A stretch of DNA of 64,000 nt from Octopus sinensis (lineage: Eukaryota). The DNA is taken from contig NC_042999.1 of NCBI RefSeq assembly GCF_006345805.1, positions 128,960,001-129,024,000 on the forward strand. Reading direction: 5' to 3'. Each line of letters begins with the position of its first letter. The stretch's first letter is position 1. The notes beneath the pieces were generated by a model, which was not told the origin of the DNA, ran no database searches, and was given only the letters and a program-made list of their open reading frames with translations. The position numbers and the translations under genes were made by a program. Shown piece after piece: positions 40,227 through 53,736 of the stretch.

Positions 40227-41713
40227 ATACACACACACTTGTGTGTGTATGATGTGTGTGATGCACATATTTACTTGCATGATTAAAATTCTATCAGGTT
40301 ATAAAATAGTCATCTATTTTTGATTCTGCTATTTCAGTTTTGTAATTCTGAATGTAATTCATGCCTGCAAACATGGCTGAGAATTTAATCAAGTCTAGCA
40401 GCTAAGAGAGTAATCTATTTATTATTATGCTCTGAGTTCAAATCTCACCACAGTCCTGTCATCCTTTCAAGCCTGATAAAATAAAATACTAATAAAGAAC
40501 TAAATTGATGGCATGAACTAGCCTCCTCATTTAGAATACCCAATCCACACAGTAAAGTGGCTGATGGTAAGAAAGACCATCAGTTATAAACATCATGTCA
40601 AAAATTAAGAATAACGAAAGTTGGCTAGTTTTCTCTGTTACTATGTGTACCAAATGAAGGTTTGTAGACAGATAGTGAGCTACACTGAAGCCCATTTAGC
40701 CTTATGGGAGAAATGGATGTAAAATGATGAAAGCTCATCATTTGGAGTGTGTGCATGCATACATGCATGTGTGCATGCATGCTTGTGTGTACCCTTGTCT
40801 AGACATTACACAGTGGCTGTACACACACACACACACACACACAAACACACACATATATGTATATATATATATATTTATTTATATATATCTCAGGCCCATC
40901 GTATTTAATATCGAGCAAAAATATCTTATGGATGTATATAGAATGGGTGTAGATGTTTTCAAGAAACACTTTGAATTTTTGCCGGGCAAGATACCCCATA
41001 AACCCACATAATGTCAAGAAGCTGAAACAGCGGCAGCAATATGAAAATCCCTTATAGGAACCCAACCAGAGAGGGATGGCTACTGAAAAGATGCCCTGTC
41101 ACGACCACAACATTTAGCCTGAGACACATAACAGAATATATATATAATCAATCCCTAACTATTCCTACCTAATGGCTTAAACATTCTGTATTAAAACTGA
41201 GAAAAACAGAGTCTATTTAATGAGATACCAATTATAATATCACTGGAGGAGATGCACCACAACCAGTTGTATAGTATCCCACCCATGTGGGACCAATGCA
41301 GGATGTGTCGAAACAATTGTTATGAGCAATAAAAATACCCGCGTCTGCTATTTTCCATCTCCATCATCTGTTGTATACTCGGCATACTCTAAGGAATTCC
41401 AGATGTATTAACACTGTGGATGATATAAGGTAGCCATAGGCAGTGAGCATGCTTCATTGGCTTTCTACTTAGAACATATCGAACATTCAATATATGCATT
41501 ACAAATTCATATATACACACACATATGCATATACACACACATCATCATCATCATCATCATCATTTAACGTCCGCTCTCCATGCTAGCATGGGTTGGACGG
41601 TTCAACTGGGGTCTGGGGAGCCCGAAAGCTGCACCAGTCCAGTCAGATCTGGCAGTGTTTCTACAGCTGGATGCCCTTCCTAACGCCAACCACTCCGAGA
41701 GTGTAGTGGGTGA

Positions 41714-42025
41714 TTTTATGTGCCACCGACACAGGTGCCAGACGAGGCTGACAAACGGCCACGCTCGGATGGTGTTTTTATGTGCCACCGACACAGGTGC
41801 CAGACGAGGCTGGCAGACGGCCACGCTCGGATGGTGTTTTTATGTGCCACCGACACAGGTGCCAGACGAGGCTGGCAGACGGCCACGCTCGGATGGTGTT
41901 TTTATGTGCCACCGACACAGGTGCCAGACGAGGCTGGCAGACGGCCACGCTCGGATGGTGTTTTTATGTGCCACCGACACAGGTGCCAGATGAGGCTGGC
42001 AAACGGCCACGATCGGATGGTGCTT
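41714..42025. repeat. 62-bp tandem repeat, five near-identical units, in the RTE 3' UTR
   Basis: TGCCACCGACACAGG recurs at 41721, 41783, 41845, 41907 and 41969. Confidence 0.92.
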
Positions 42026-43240
42026 GTTACGTGCCCACAGCACGGAGGCCAGTCGATGCGGTACTGGCTACGGCCACGTTCGGATGGTTTTCTTATGTGC
42101 CACGGGCACTGGTACCACAAAGATACAAATTCCATTGATGTTCATCTATTTTGATTTGTTTTGATTTGATTTGATTTTCACTTGCCTCAACAGGTCTTCA
42201 CAAGTGTCACAAGAAGGAAGGTATGCACAGGTGGACTGACTACGTCCCAGGTAGGGGCCATGGGTTATGGCCTGACTAGTCTTGCCGGGTCTTCGGATGG
42301 TGTTTTTATTGTGCCACCGACACAAGGTGCTAGATGAGGCTGGCGAACGGCCACGATCGGATGGTGTTTGTCATGTGCCCACCGCACTGACTACGGCACT
42401 GATGGATTCTTGTGTGCCACAGGCACTGGTACCACAAGATACAAATTCCATTGATGTTCATCTATTTTGTCTATTTTGATTTGATTTGATTTGATTTTCA
42501 CTTGCCTCAAACCGGTCTTCACAAGTGTCACAAGAAGGAAGGAAGGTATGCACAGGTGGACTGACTAGTCTTGCCGGGTCTTCGGAGGGTGTTTTTATGT
42601 GCCACCGACACAGGTGCCAGATGAGGCTGGCGAACGGCCATGATCGGATGGTGTTTGTTACGTGCCACAGCACGGAGGCCGGTCGATGCGGAACTGGCAC
42701 GGCCACGTTCGGATGGTTCTCATGTGTGCCACCGGCACTGGTACCACAAAGTGTGTGTGCCACCGGCACTGGTACCACAAAGATACAGATTCCATTGATG
42801 TTCATCTATTTTGATTTGTTTTGATTTGATTTTCACTTGCCTCAACAGGTCTTCACAAGTGTCACAAGAAGGAAGGAAGGTATGCACAGGTGGACTGACT
42901 ACGTCCCAGGTAGGGGCCATGGGTTATGGCCTGACTAGTCTTGCCGGGTCTTCGGATGGTGTTTTTATGTGCCACCGACACAGGTGCTAGATGAGGCTTC
43001 CCACAGCACGGAGGCCAGTCGATGCGGTACTGGCTACGGCCACGTTCGGATGGTTTTCTTGTGTGCCACAGGCACTGGTACCACAAGATACAAATTCCAT
43101 TGATGTTCATCTATTTTGATTGATTTTCACTTGCCTCAGCAGGTCTTCACAAGTGTCACAAGAAGGAGGTATGCACAGGTGGATCGACTACGTCCCAGGT
43201 AGGGGCACGGGATATGGCCTGACTAGTCCTGCCGGGTCCT
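42025..43240. repeat. About 300-bp higher-order repeat, four imperfect copies, in the RTE 3' UTR
   Basis: Block GGTACCACAA(A)GATACAAATTCCATTGATGTTCATCTATTTTG..CACAAGTGTCACAAGAAGG..GACTAGTC(T/C)TGCCGGGTC recurs four times. Confidence 0.88.
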
Positions 43241-46200
43241 CTCATGCACAGCACACTTCCATAGGACTCGGTCTTCAGTCATTTCCTTGGTGAGACCTAA
43301 AGTTCGAAGGTCGTGTTTCACCACCTCGTCCCAGGTTTTCCTGGGTCTACCTCTTCCACAGGTTCCCTCAACTGCTAGGTTGTAGCACTTTTGCACACAA
43401 CTATCTTCAGCCATTCTCGTCACATGACCATACCAGCGCAGCCGTCTCTCTTGCACACCACAACTGACACTTCTTAGGTTCAACTTTCTCTCAAAGTACT
43501 TACACTCTGACGATTATGAACACTGACATACACATCCATCGGAGCATACTGGCTTCATTTCTTGCAAGCTTACGCATATCCTCAGCTGTCACGGCCCATG
43601 TTTCACTACCATGTAGCATGGCTGTACGTACACACGCATCATATAGTCTGCCTTTTACTCTTAGCGAGAGACCTTTTGTCACCAGCAGGGGTAAGAGCTC
43701 TCTAAACTTTGCCCAGGCTATTCTTACTCTAGCAGTTACACTTTCAGCACACCCACCCCGCTACTGACTTGGTCTCCTAGGTAGCGGAAGCTATCAACTA
43801 CTTCTAGTTTGTCTCCCTGGAACGTGGTAGAAGTTGGACTCTGCACATTTCCAGTGTTTATTTCTCCTGAGCATCTGCCACAGACAAAAACTATTTTCTT
43901 AGTTAGCCTTCCTTTGACATTGCTGCACCTCTTATGTGTCCATAGCTTACACTTGGTGCACCTTATAGAGTTTCTACCTACACCTTTTTTACAGATCGAG
44001 CAGGGCCATCTACCTGAAGTCGTTTGTGGTTGGTCCACCTTCCTACTTATTAGGACTTTGGTTTTGGCTAGGTTGATTCTAAGGCCCTTCGATTCTAATC
44101 CTTGTTTCCACACCTGAAACTTCTCCTCCAGTTCTGATAGTGACTCAGCAATTAGAGCAAGGTCATCAGCATATAGGAGCTCCCAGGGGCATCCTGTCTT
44201 AAATTCTTCCGTTATTGCCTGGAGGACTATGATAAATAGGAGGGGGCTGAGGATTGAACCTTGGTGGACCCCAACCTCTACCCGGAATTCTTCACTGTAC
44301 TCGTTGCCAACCCTCACCTTACTAGCTGCGTCTCTGTACATGGCTCGCACAGCTCTCACTAACCATTCATCTATCCCTAGTTTCCTCATTGACCACCAGA
44401 TAAGGGATCGGGGGACCCTGTCAAAGGCTTTCTCTAAGTCAACAAAAGCCAAGTACAAGGGCTTACCTTTGGCTAGGTATTTCTCCTGCAGCTGTCTTAC
44501 CAGGAATATAGCATCTGTAGTACTTTTCCCTGGCATGAACCCAAACTGCATATCATCTAAGCTAACTCTCTCTCTAATTAACTGGGCTATAACCCTCTCC
44601 GTAACCTTCATTACCTGATCCAACAGCTTGATGCCCCTGTAGTTATATGTATCTAGGGCATCGCCTTTACCTTTGTAGCAGTTGACTATTATGCTGCTAC
44701 ACCAGTCATTGGGTATGACTCCTTCGTGTATCACCTGGTTAACTATACGGGTGACTATGCTATAGCCGACACTACCAGATATTTTGAGCATCTCTGCAGT
44801 AATTCCTGATGGGCCTGGGGCTTTCCCTGTCTTCATGCTTCTAATTGCCTTACCTACCACGGAACTATCAACTCGGATAGCTGGTCCCTCTGTTGGGTCA
44901 ACATTCGGCAGACTCTCTTTATCCCATTCATTTTCCTCATTCAGCAACCTTTCATAGTGGCGTCTCCAAGCTTCTCTCTTTGCATCCTCATTTAACGCAA
45001 GTGAACCATCCTCCATGCGAACACATTTCTCTCCTACCACATCTCGATTCTCTCTCACACACTGTCTTGCAACACGAAATACCTCAAGTCTTTCATCCTC
45101 ACGGCGCAGGACATTGGCAAATTTTCTTTTATCTGCTTCCCCTCTGGCTAGATAGACCTGTCTCCTAGCTTCCCTTCTGGCAGTCTGATACACTTCCCTG
45201 CTACCACCGTTCTTCCAGGCCTTCCAAGCCTGTTTCTTTTGTCTAATAGCCCTATCAACAATATTGTTCCACCACCATGTTATTTTGGGTCTTAAGGGGA
45301 CTTTGCACCAGCCACAGATCTCGTCAGCGGCTTTCAGCAGGTTGTCCTCAGAAACGTCCAGTTGTCTTCTACCCCGTGTGTAGCTATACCCCCTTCCACT
45401 TCGTCAAAGGCTTCAAGTAACATATCTCTAAATCTCTGTCCATTCGCAGGGTCTTTAAGCTTCCAGACCTTTCTTCTCCATGTTGGTCGTCTTCTAGTCG
45501 CCCTCTTAGTCCTGATCCTAAAGTCACTAACTACCAGTCTATGTTGTGGGGTGCATTCTTCGCCCGGGAAGGTTTTGGCATTTATAAGCAGCCATCTTTC
45601 CCTTTTTTGGCGAGGATGTAGTCAATTTGGCTAGCATGCCGGCCCGATCGGTAGGTGACCAGGTGGCTTGTTGGTTTCCTGAAGTTAGTGTTGCAGATCA
45701 TAAGACTATTCGCATCGCAGAACTCCAGCAGCCTGGTTCCCTCCTCGTTGCGGGAACCATAACCGTAGCCTCCATGCACGCCATGGAAGCCCCCAGCATG
45801 TCGTCCAACATGCCCATTGAAATCACCAGCCACAAAGAGAAGGTCCCTGTCGTTCGTCAATGAGGTGGTCTGCAGTAGGGTGTCATAGAAACTGTCTTTC
45901 TGTCCATCGGGTAGCCCTGGCTGAGGGGCATAGGCCGATATAATGGTTGCTACTCTATGATGAAGCACTATTCTAATCTTAAGTATTCTGTCACTTACTC
46001 TGATTACCTCAATTACACATATGCATTACACATTACCTCAATTACACATATGCATATATACACACCCATGTATATAAACACACACATATGCATACATATG
46101 TATATGTGTGTGTGTGTGTATATGGGCATTCAGCTGTAGAAACACAGCTAGATTAGACTGGAACCTGGTGCAGCCTTCTGGCTTTCCAGACCCCGGTCGA

Positions 46201-46249
46201 ACCGTCCAACCCATGGTAGCATGGAAAACGGACATTAAATGATGTTGAT

Positions 46250-46715
<466 letters not shown>

Positions 46716-47409
46716 GAGAGAGAGATTAAAGTGTTCATATATGTGTGGGTGTAAGCATGCCATTCACAATATTTGCTTTTCACTCAAGTTGTCAGTTTAT
46801 GAAAATAGTTTATATTTAAAAACACAACAAAACAAAAAAAAAAGTCCTTTTTTAATGGAAATTGAAACAGAAAGAAAGTAAAAAATAGAAATGCTCAAGG
46901 GAAAGTTGCCAAATTTATAGTGTTACAAGTGGAAATTTGTTGAAACTGGCAGGAGACCAGAATAGTTATAAGACGGATTTGAAGATTATTTAAGAGGGCA
47001 TCATTCCAGGAAAAGACAGATAAGAGAATAGTGTGTGACCCAATGCACTATGGTAAGGAAGTATTTTGGGAAAATTGATAATAAAAGTTAACAATATTTA
47101 AACTGCTGTGAAGCAACTGGATGTGAGCTATTTTACCAAAATATATATTGGAAGTACTGTTGATAAGATTGGTAAGGAAGAGTGGAGTTGGAAGAAGAGA
47201 AATGAAACTGAATGAAGTGAAAGATAGAATAGAGCTAGTAAAGTTTAGAATTGTTAACTTCATTCATACATTGAAAATAGCATTTCCAGTCTAGAGCTTA
47301 TTTTAAAATGTGTATGTGTGTTTGTAAATAGAAATAAAGAGTAAGACGTTTTGCATACAATGATAATACAACTTAAGCTTATATTTTTATAGATATATAA
47401 ATAAAAAGG

Positions 47410-47966
47410 ACAGGTGTGGTTGTGTGGTAAGAAGCTTGCTTCCCAACCACATGATTCCAGATTCAGTCCCACTGCGTGGCACCTTGGGTAAGTGTTTTCT
47501 ACTATAGCCTTGGGCCAACCAAAGCCTTGTGAGTAGATTTGGTAGGCAGAAACTGAAAGAAGATTATTGTGTGTATATATCTATGTATGTTTTTGTGTCT
47601 GTGTTTGTACCCAACCACCACTTGACAACTGGTGTTGGTATGTTTACAAATCAACCCCAGGACTTATTCTTTGTAAGCCTAGTACTTATTCTGTTGGTCT
47701 CTATTGCCATACCACTAAGTTATGGGGACGTAGGCACACCAACATCGGTTGTCAAGTGAAGGTGTGGGGGTAACAGACATACAAACATATACATATATAT
47801 ATATCACAGGCTTCTTTCAGTTTCCATCTACCAAATCCACTCACAGGGCTTTGGTTGGCCCAAGGCTATAGCAGAAGACACTTGCCAAGGTGCCACGCAG
47901 TGGGACTGAACCCAGAGCCATGTGATTGGTAAGCAAGCTACTTACCACACAGCCACTCCTGTGCCT
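47410..47966. mobile_element. Tail-to-tail inverted pair of SINE copies
   Basis: + copy at about 47410-47648 (3'-truncated) abuts a - copy at about 47650-47966. Confidence 0.8.
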
Positions 47967-49889
47967 ATATATATGTGTGTGTGTGTGTGTGCACGCGCCT
48001 ATATATATGTGTGTGTGTGTGTGTGTGTATTACATATATATATATATATTATATATACATACATATATGTGGTGAGTGTGTTTATATTTTTGCATGTGTA
48101 ATAAAGAGAGAGAATATGAAGGTTTCTGACAGAAAATGATTCAGTGAGTATATAAAAGCATTTTTAGTTGCTTGTATGAAAGGAAGAGAAAAGAAGGAAT
48201 CAAAGAAGCAACTGTAATCATAAGCAGCTCCAGACATGAAGGACTGGATCCACAGACTGTAGAAGGATTCTAGAAGGAACTGATAGGTTAGAGGAATGGT
48301 TAGGCTGTTATCAGATTTCTTAGATCTCTGAGTTACATTTTAAGGAGGGGTAGGGGAGCAATTATCAAGTAGGGAAGAGGATTTCCTTAAAGAAGTATTT
48401 TCAACTGGAATGGTATTAGTGTTGAGAAGCAAGCTGGGTTTTTAAGGGCTTTCATGTTGCGTCGAAAACAGGCTGGATAGTGATGAGTACATGTAGTAAT
48501 GCTGATGTGTGTGTGTGTGTGTATGTGTGTGAAAGTCAACAAAAACAGGTAAGGAATTACTTTTGCATAAAGTGGTTATACTTGTAGATTGTTTTAACAA
48601 ACATTATGAAACAAGCCTTACTAGTCTACTCAGTCCTTAACTTAGTCCTATGCTACTTATAGGAGACTGGCTTTTTTGATGAGGTTCAATGCATATGATT
48701 AGTTAATTAAGTATCTAGAAGACATTCATGGATGCAACTGGTATGCGGCAACTATTTACTATAATATTCATTCATTCATCTCTGAAGAAATTTCACTACA
48801 AAAAGAAACAAAAGGAATGAAGGGGGAAAAAAGGAGAAAGAAAGAATGAATGAATGAAAGAAAGTTAGCTTTCTGCATGCTAGGGGAAAATGTTTTGTCA
48901 ATGGAATTCAACCTGAAAATTTTATCACAGGTCAGTTCAGTCAGAGATAATGTGAGTTAAACAATAATAGGAAGAATTTGAACAAATGAAGACACCTCTA
49001 CAGGATTCTTCCATCCTTTAGAAATAATGGCCAAATTTCCTTTACATTACACTGTTCTCTTAAAAAAAGAAAAGGCACATTGAATCATGTAGTTCTCAAT
49101 ACAATACATCTGAAACATAGATGTAATGGTTATATGACTGTCTTTGATCTTAAGTCTGATGGATAGCAGTAAACCAGCAGCTAAACAGCTGTAATAACAA
49201 ATGGAATTCATCATCATCAACATTTTAAAAATCCTGAGGTCAACTTTATCTTTCATCTTTTCATCAATAAAAAAAAAAGTACCAATTCAGATAGGTTGGT
49301 TAGCAGAACAATAAGAAGATCAGATCAAGTGCATTATGGTATTTGATCCAGTTCAATGTTCTGAGTTCAAATCTTGCCAGAGACTACTTTAGTGCTAGAC
49401 TTAATCCATTGGCCTTTTTCACATCAACACATGGGCAGGTCTCCAATTTGCAGATACCCTCCTCCCTGCCTCACTTCCACCAATCCCAGAAGGGCCCTGT
49501 AAAAAAGCCAGAGGTACTGCATTCCATCTGAATTGAAAGAAAACGAAACAACAACAAAAAGACACCATTTTATCCCCATCCCCACTTCCCCAGTATCAGA
49601 CAAGGAAATTCAGTTTGGGTTTGTAAGTTCCATATGCAACTGATTTCCGTGCCATTTCCATCAACCAAATTCTACACACAAAGTACTCTTTCAACTTGAG
49701 ACTATGACAGAAAATGCTTGCCCAAGGTGCTGCACAGAATGGGATCAAACCTGAAATCACATGGTTGTGAAGCGACCTTAACTACACAAACCATACCTGC
49801 AACATTTGATTTCGGTTGACCTTGAGCTAAACAATAACAACAGAGACATTATCTTATGCAAAGATCTCATCCCAGAAATGCAAAATAGA

Positions 49890-50225
49890 AGGCACATGGT
49901 TCAATGGTTAGAGTGTTGGGCTCACAATCATGAGGTAGTGAGTTTGATTCCCAGACTGGGATGTGTTGTGTACTTGAGCAAGACACTTTATTTCATGTTG
50001 CTCCAGTTCACTCATCTATAGAAATGAGTAGTAACATCACCGGTGCCAAGCAGTATCGCTTTTTGCTTTTCACTTGGACAACATCAGTGGTGTGGAGAGG
50101 GGAGGCTGGTACGCAAGGGCAACTGCTGGTCTTCCATAAACAACCCTGCCCTGACTTGTGCCTTGGAGGGGATCTTTCTAGGTGCAATCCCACAGTCATT
50201 CATGACTGAAGGGGGTCTTTACTTC
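49890..50225 (+). mobile_element. tRNA-derived SINE, third family
   Basis: Head GCACATGGTTCAATGGTTAGAGTG..GAGTTTGATTCC followed by CTTGAGCAAGACACTT. Confidence 0.6.
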
Positions 50226-51684
50226 TTTAATGTAAAATGATAAAACTCAATTGTTACAGCATATCATCATTGTTTACAACAGTATTTTTGTCATCACTGT
50301 CATTGCGTTAACATCTACTTTTCCATTTTTGCATGAGTCAAAGTTTACTGAGGTAGATGTTCTATTGCCAGATGCCTTTCATGTCACTAGCCCCCATGTT
50401 TCCAAGCAACGTAATATTTCCCCATCACCAGATGTGTTTTCATAGAATACTGGAAATGAATGACAGTGACAACTAATTACAACTATCATGTAATGTCAGG
50501 ACAAGGAGACACAAACATACAAATACTCATTTGTACAAATAAACATAATGAGTTTCTTTCAGTTTCCATCTATCAAATTCAATCACAAGGCTTTGACCAA
50601 CCTGGGGGCTATAGTAGAAGACACTTGCTCAAAGTGTCATGCACGAAGACTGAACCTGAAACAATGTGCTTAGGAAGCAAACTTCTTCACCACACAGCCA
50701 CGCCTGCAACTATAACATTTTAAATAAGTTATGTGGTGAACAGACGCCCTCTATTATCATGGTTAGAACTGAGTCTTTGTCTCTAGGTACATACAATATA
50801 GAACAAATGATTGAGTCCTGGATTAAATTGCCTTACAATAGTTACTTACACTCCTCTACCTTCTGATTTCAATGGTGTTGACAGATTAAATACCAGTCAT
50901 ATACTTGAGTTCATTCAATCAACTAGAAATGTGAAACCTTGAGCCAATATGAGAAATCAGTTGGCTACTGCTATCTCTAGCAGTTGAGAGTTCATCACTG
51001 ATGGGACCAAGGAAGATCGAAATAATATCTAGTGATCTTGGTGCTGGAGGTTGAGGGTTTATCTCCCCACTGGCTATATAAACAAGAATGCCTTTTGCAC
51101 CAAGAGCCAATATGAGTTTCTCTCATGGTATCTACTGCAATATAGTTCACTCTAACAGAAGATCCATGTTTAAGTGGGGATAAATATTACCACTTGGTAT
51201 TAATACTGCCTTTGTTGCTAATATATATGTTTTAACATGCTCCTGTTCTGGTACTGTTTTTCTATATATCACTGGTGGAGAGATGAGTCGTTGCTACCTC
51301 TGGCGGTTGAATGTCCATCAGTGATGTGATCAATGAAAGTCAAAATCATATGATCTGGTGGTCTCAGCACCAGAGATAGCAGTGATTTATCTCTCTGTTA
51401 ACAATATAAAAAAAAGTACGTTTTGCACCAAAAGCCAATATGAGATTTTCTCTCCGGGTATCTACTGTAGTATAGTTTACATTATTTACATTTGACAGAT
51501 ATTTATCCTCATCTTGTTTTGGCTGATATACCCTCCAGCCTTCATCCAGTGTCTTGGAGAAATTCGAACCTGGGTTCTCATTCCTAAGGTATTTTTCGAT
51601 GTTATTATTATTATTCAGGTCACTGCCTGGAATATAACTCGGAATCTTGGAGTTAGTAGCCTATGCTCTTAACCACTACGCCAC

Positions 51685-51759
51685 GGGCATATGGCATAGT
51701 GGTTAAGAGTGCGGGCTACTAACCCCAATATTCTGAGTTCGATTCCAGGCAGTGACTTG
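51685..51759 (+). promoter_or_regulatory. tRNA-derived internal Pol III promoter (A and B boxes)
   Basis: A box TGGCATAGTGG (51692-51702) and B box GAGTTCGATTCC (51735-51746); same head at 37960-38033. Confidence 0.7.
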
Positions 51760-51835
51760 AACAGCAACAACAACAGCAGCAGCAGCAGCTGAAAATTACC
51801 GTAGGAATGAGAATCCAGGTTCAAAATTTCCCCAA

Positions 51836-51881
51836 GATACCTGATGAAGGCTGGAGAGTATATCAGCCAAAATGTTGTGTT
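51836..51881 (+). ncRNA. Degenerate minimal hammerhead (G12->A)
   Basis: GATAC-CTGATGA-A-GGCTG-GAGAGTATAT-CAGCC-AAAA-TG-TT-GTGTT. Confidence 0.55.
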
Positions 51882-53415
51882 AACAACAAATAAGACGAGG
51901 ACAAATATCCGTCAAATGTAAATAATGTACATAATTCCTCATCTCTTAAATATAGAACTGTAGTATAGTTTATTCAAGAAGAACATCTATGTTTAAGTGA
52001 GGATAAATATTACCTCTCAGTATTATATCTGCTTCTGTCGCTAATATATACTATTATATTTGTTAAGGAGTTAAACTAAGACACAGATATATTTGCTTCT
52101 AAAAAAACAAAAAGGTACAAAAGCAAAAATAACAAGAAAACAGTTGACAATCAGACATTTTCCCATTGGCATTACAATCAATAATCTTTTTAAATCATTA
52201 ACATGCAGATGTGGTTGTGTGGCTAAGAAGCTTGCTCCCCAACCATGTGGTCTTTAGTTCAGTTCCACTGCATAGCTTCAGGTTGACCAAAGCCTTATGA
52301 GTGAATTTGGTAGACAGAAACTGAAAGAGGCCCATGGTATACATACATATATACACACACCACACAGATGTGTGTGTGTGTGTGCGTGTGTGTGTGTGTG
52401 TGTGTGTGAACGTGTGTGTCTGTCCCACACCACTTGTTGGCAACTGGTGTTAGTTTAAGTACTCTGCAACTTAGCAGTTTGGTACAATGTATCAAGCTTA
52501 AAAGAAAAGTACTGGGGTCAATTTGTTTGACTTAACCCTTCAAGGCAGTGCCTCAGCATGACTGCAGTCCAATGACTGAAACAAGTATATGATATAAATG
52601 ACATAAATATATATATGAATAATTAAAAAATCATAAGCAATAAACATTCACAATCAAAATGCATCAAAGGTAGATTTTGTATAAAATTATATTACGAACA
52701 TTTTGTCTCATACCAAATATAGGAAAGAAAATCTTTAAAAAACTTTTCTACATACAATTTTATTGTCGCTGTTATTATTATTAATATTATCATTTATTAT
52801 TCTTGTTAATGTACAATTTATCTGAAATACCTTCCTCTCCAGCTGGAGACTGCGGCTGGGTGGTAGGGAAAGAAAGAATAGGGATTGGACAATTCACATC
52901 TCAGATTACTAAGTTAAGGTTTGTGATGAACTTCCCAGAAATTTACAGTTTTCAGCTTTTTTTTTTTGTAAAGGGGATTGAGATTCTTAAAAGATAAATA
53001 AACTGAACACACATTCACACACAAGTGGATGTGTGTGTATGCATAGGGGAAAAAAACTAACTATAAATAGATGTGTTTGTGTGTCTATGTGTAAATATAT
53101 ACATTCATACACAAACTTACACACACATACATACACACAGACACACATAAAATCAATTTTGGTCAGGTTAATACATTTATATATGGCTACTATCAACAAT
53201 AAACAACATACAAGCTTTCTATCCTTAACAGTAGCACATTGTCTGTTGGGTATTTTTTTCTAATATGTCTAAAATATTTCTAGTTATCTTAATCATAGGC
53301 TCTAACCAGAGTATGGGGAATAATGCTATAGTCTCCCATTTGCTTCAGTTTCATAAGAAATAGCCCCTTAATGCCCATTCACAATATTCTTCAAATATAT
53401 ATGTATGTATGTATG

Positions 53416-53466
<51 letters not shown>

Positions 53467-53638
53467 AATATTAGGGAATAAATCCAAATTTACAGGGAAA
53501 AAATCAGATTTAGGATTAAATCCAATTTTATAGTAAAATATTATAAAATATTATTAGAGACAAAACCACTATTTTGCAAAACAAACAAGGAAAGACTTAA
53601 TCAATACATAAAATTTTAATAAATAGTCAAAAAAACCG

Positions 53639-53681
53639 CCACTACAATTGTTTCTTGTCTTGATCGACAATCTTCAGGTGG
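53639..53681 (-). ncRNA. Minimal hammerhead ribozyme, minus-strand (Ack-sense) copy
   Basis: Exact reverse complement of 53737-53779. Confidence 0.78.
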
Positions 53682-53736
53682 ACTTCCAATTTACAAGTCA
53701 GTTTCATAATTTGAAACTGACTTGTAAATTGGAAGT

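Larger units (their letters stand above)
41541..46012 (-). mobile_element. 5'-truncated RTE-clade LINE (APE endonuclease, RT with PHD insertion, expanded tandem-repeat 3' UTR, (GAT)n tail); frameshifted
   Basis: APE motifs SAYAPQ, AGDFNGHVG, SQIDYIL; RT motifs NYRGIKLL, QFGFMPG, FVDLEKAFDRV, LYADDL. Approximate TSD ACACATATGCATATA at 41519 and 46044. Confidence 0.93.
51480..51960. mobile_element. Non-coding head-to-head palindromic PLE/SINE-like insertion (tRNA-like head plus hammerhead arm, two inverted copies)
   Basis: Left arm is the reverse complement of the right arm, with a junction near 51683. A 16-bp direct repeat ACTGTAGTATAGTTTA sits at 51464-51479 and 51957-51972. Same family as the 37.4-38.2 kb arms. 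Confidence 0.88.
50935..52050. repeat. Diverged ~320-bp tandem repeat; one unit is interrupted by the 51.5-52.0 kb insertion
   Basis: TTTTGCACCAA(G/A)AGCCAATATGAG..GGTATCTACTG..ATGTTTAAGTG(G/A)GGATAAATATTACC occurs at about 51093-51190 (intact) and 51421-52020 (interrupted). Confidence 0.7.

Noticed and set aside
41714-42025. 62-bp tandem array as a CRISPR-like array
   Set aside because: Units are contiguous with no unique spacers, lie inside a LINE 3' UTR, and the DNA is eukaryotic with no cas genes.
41980-42640. CCAGATGAGGCTGGCGAAC as a hammerhead core
   Set aside because: It reads CAGAUGA and GAAC rather than CUGAUGA/GAAA, and folds as a simple GCCAG/CTGGC hairpin with no stem I.
38906-45863. 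Antisense ORFs overlapping the RTE coding regions
   Set aside because: They are shadow frames of GC-richer LINE coding sequence.
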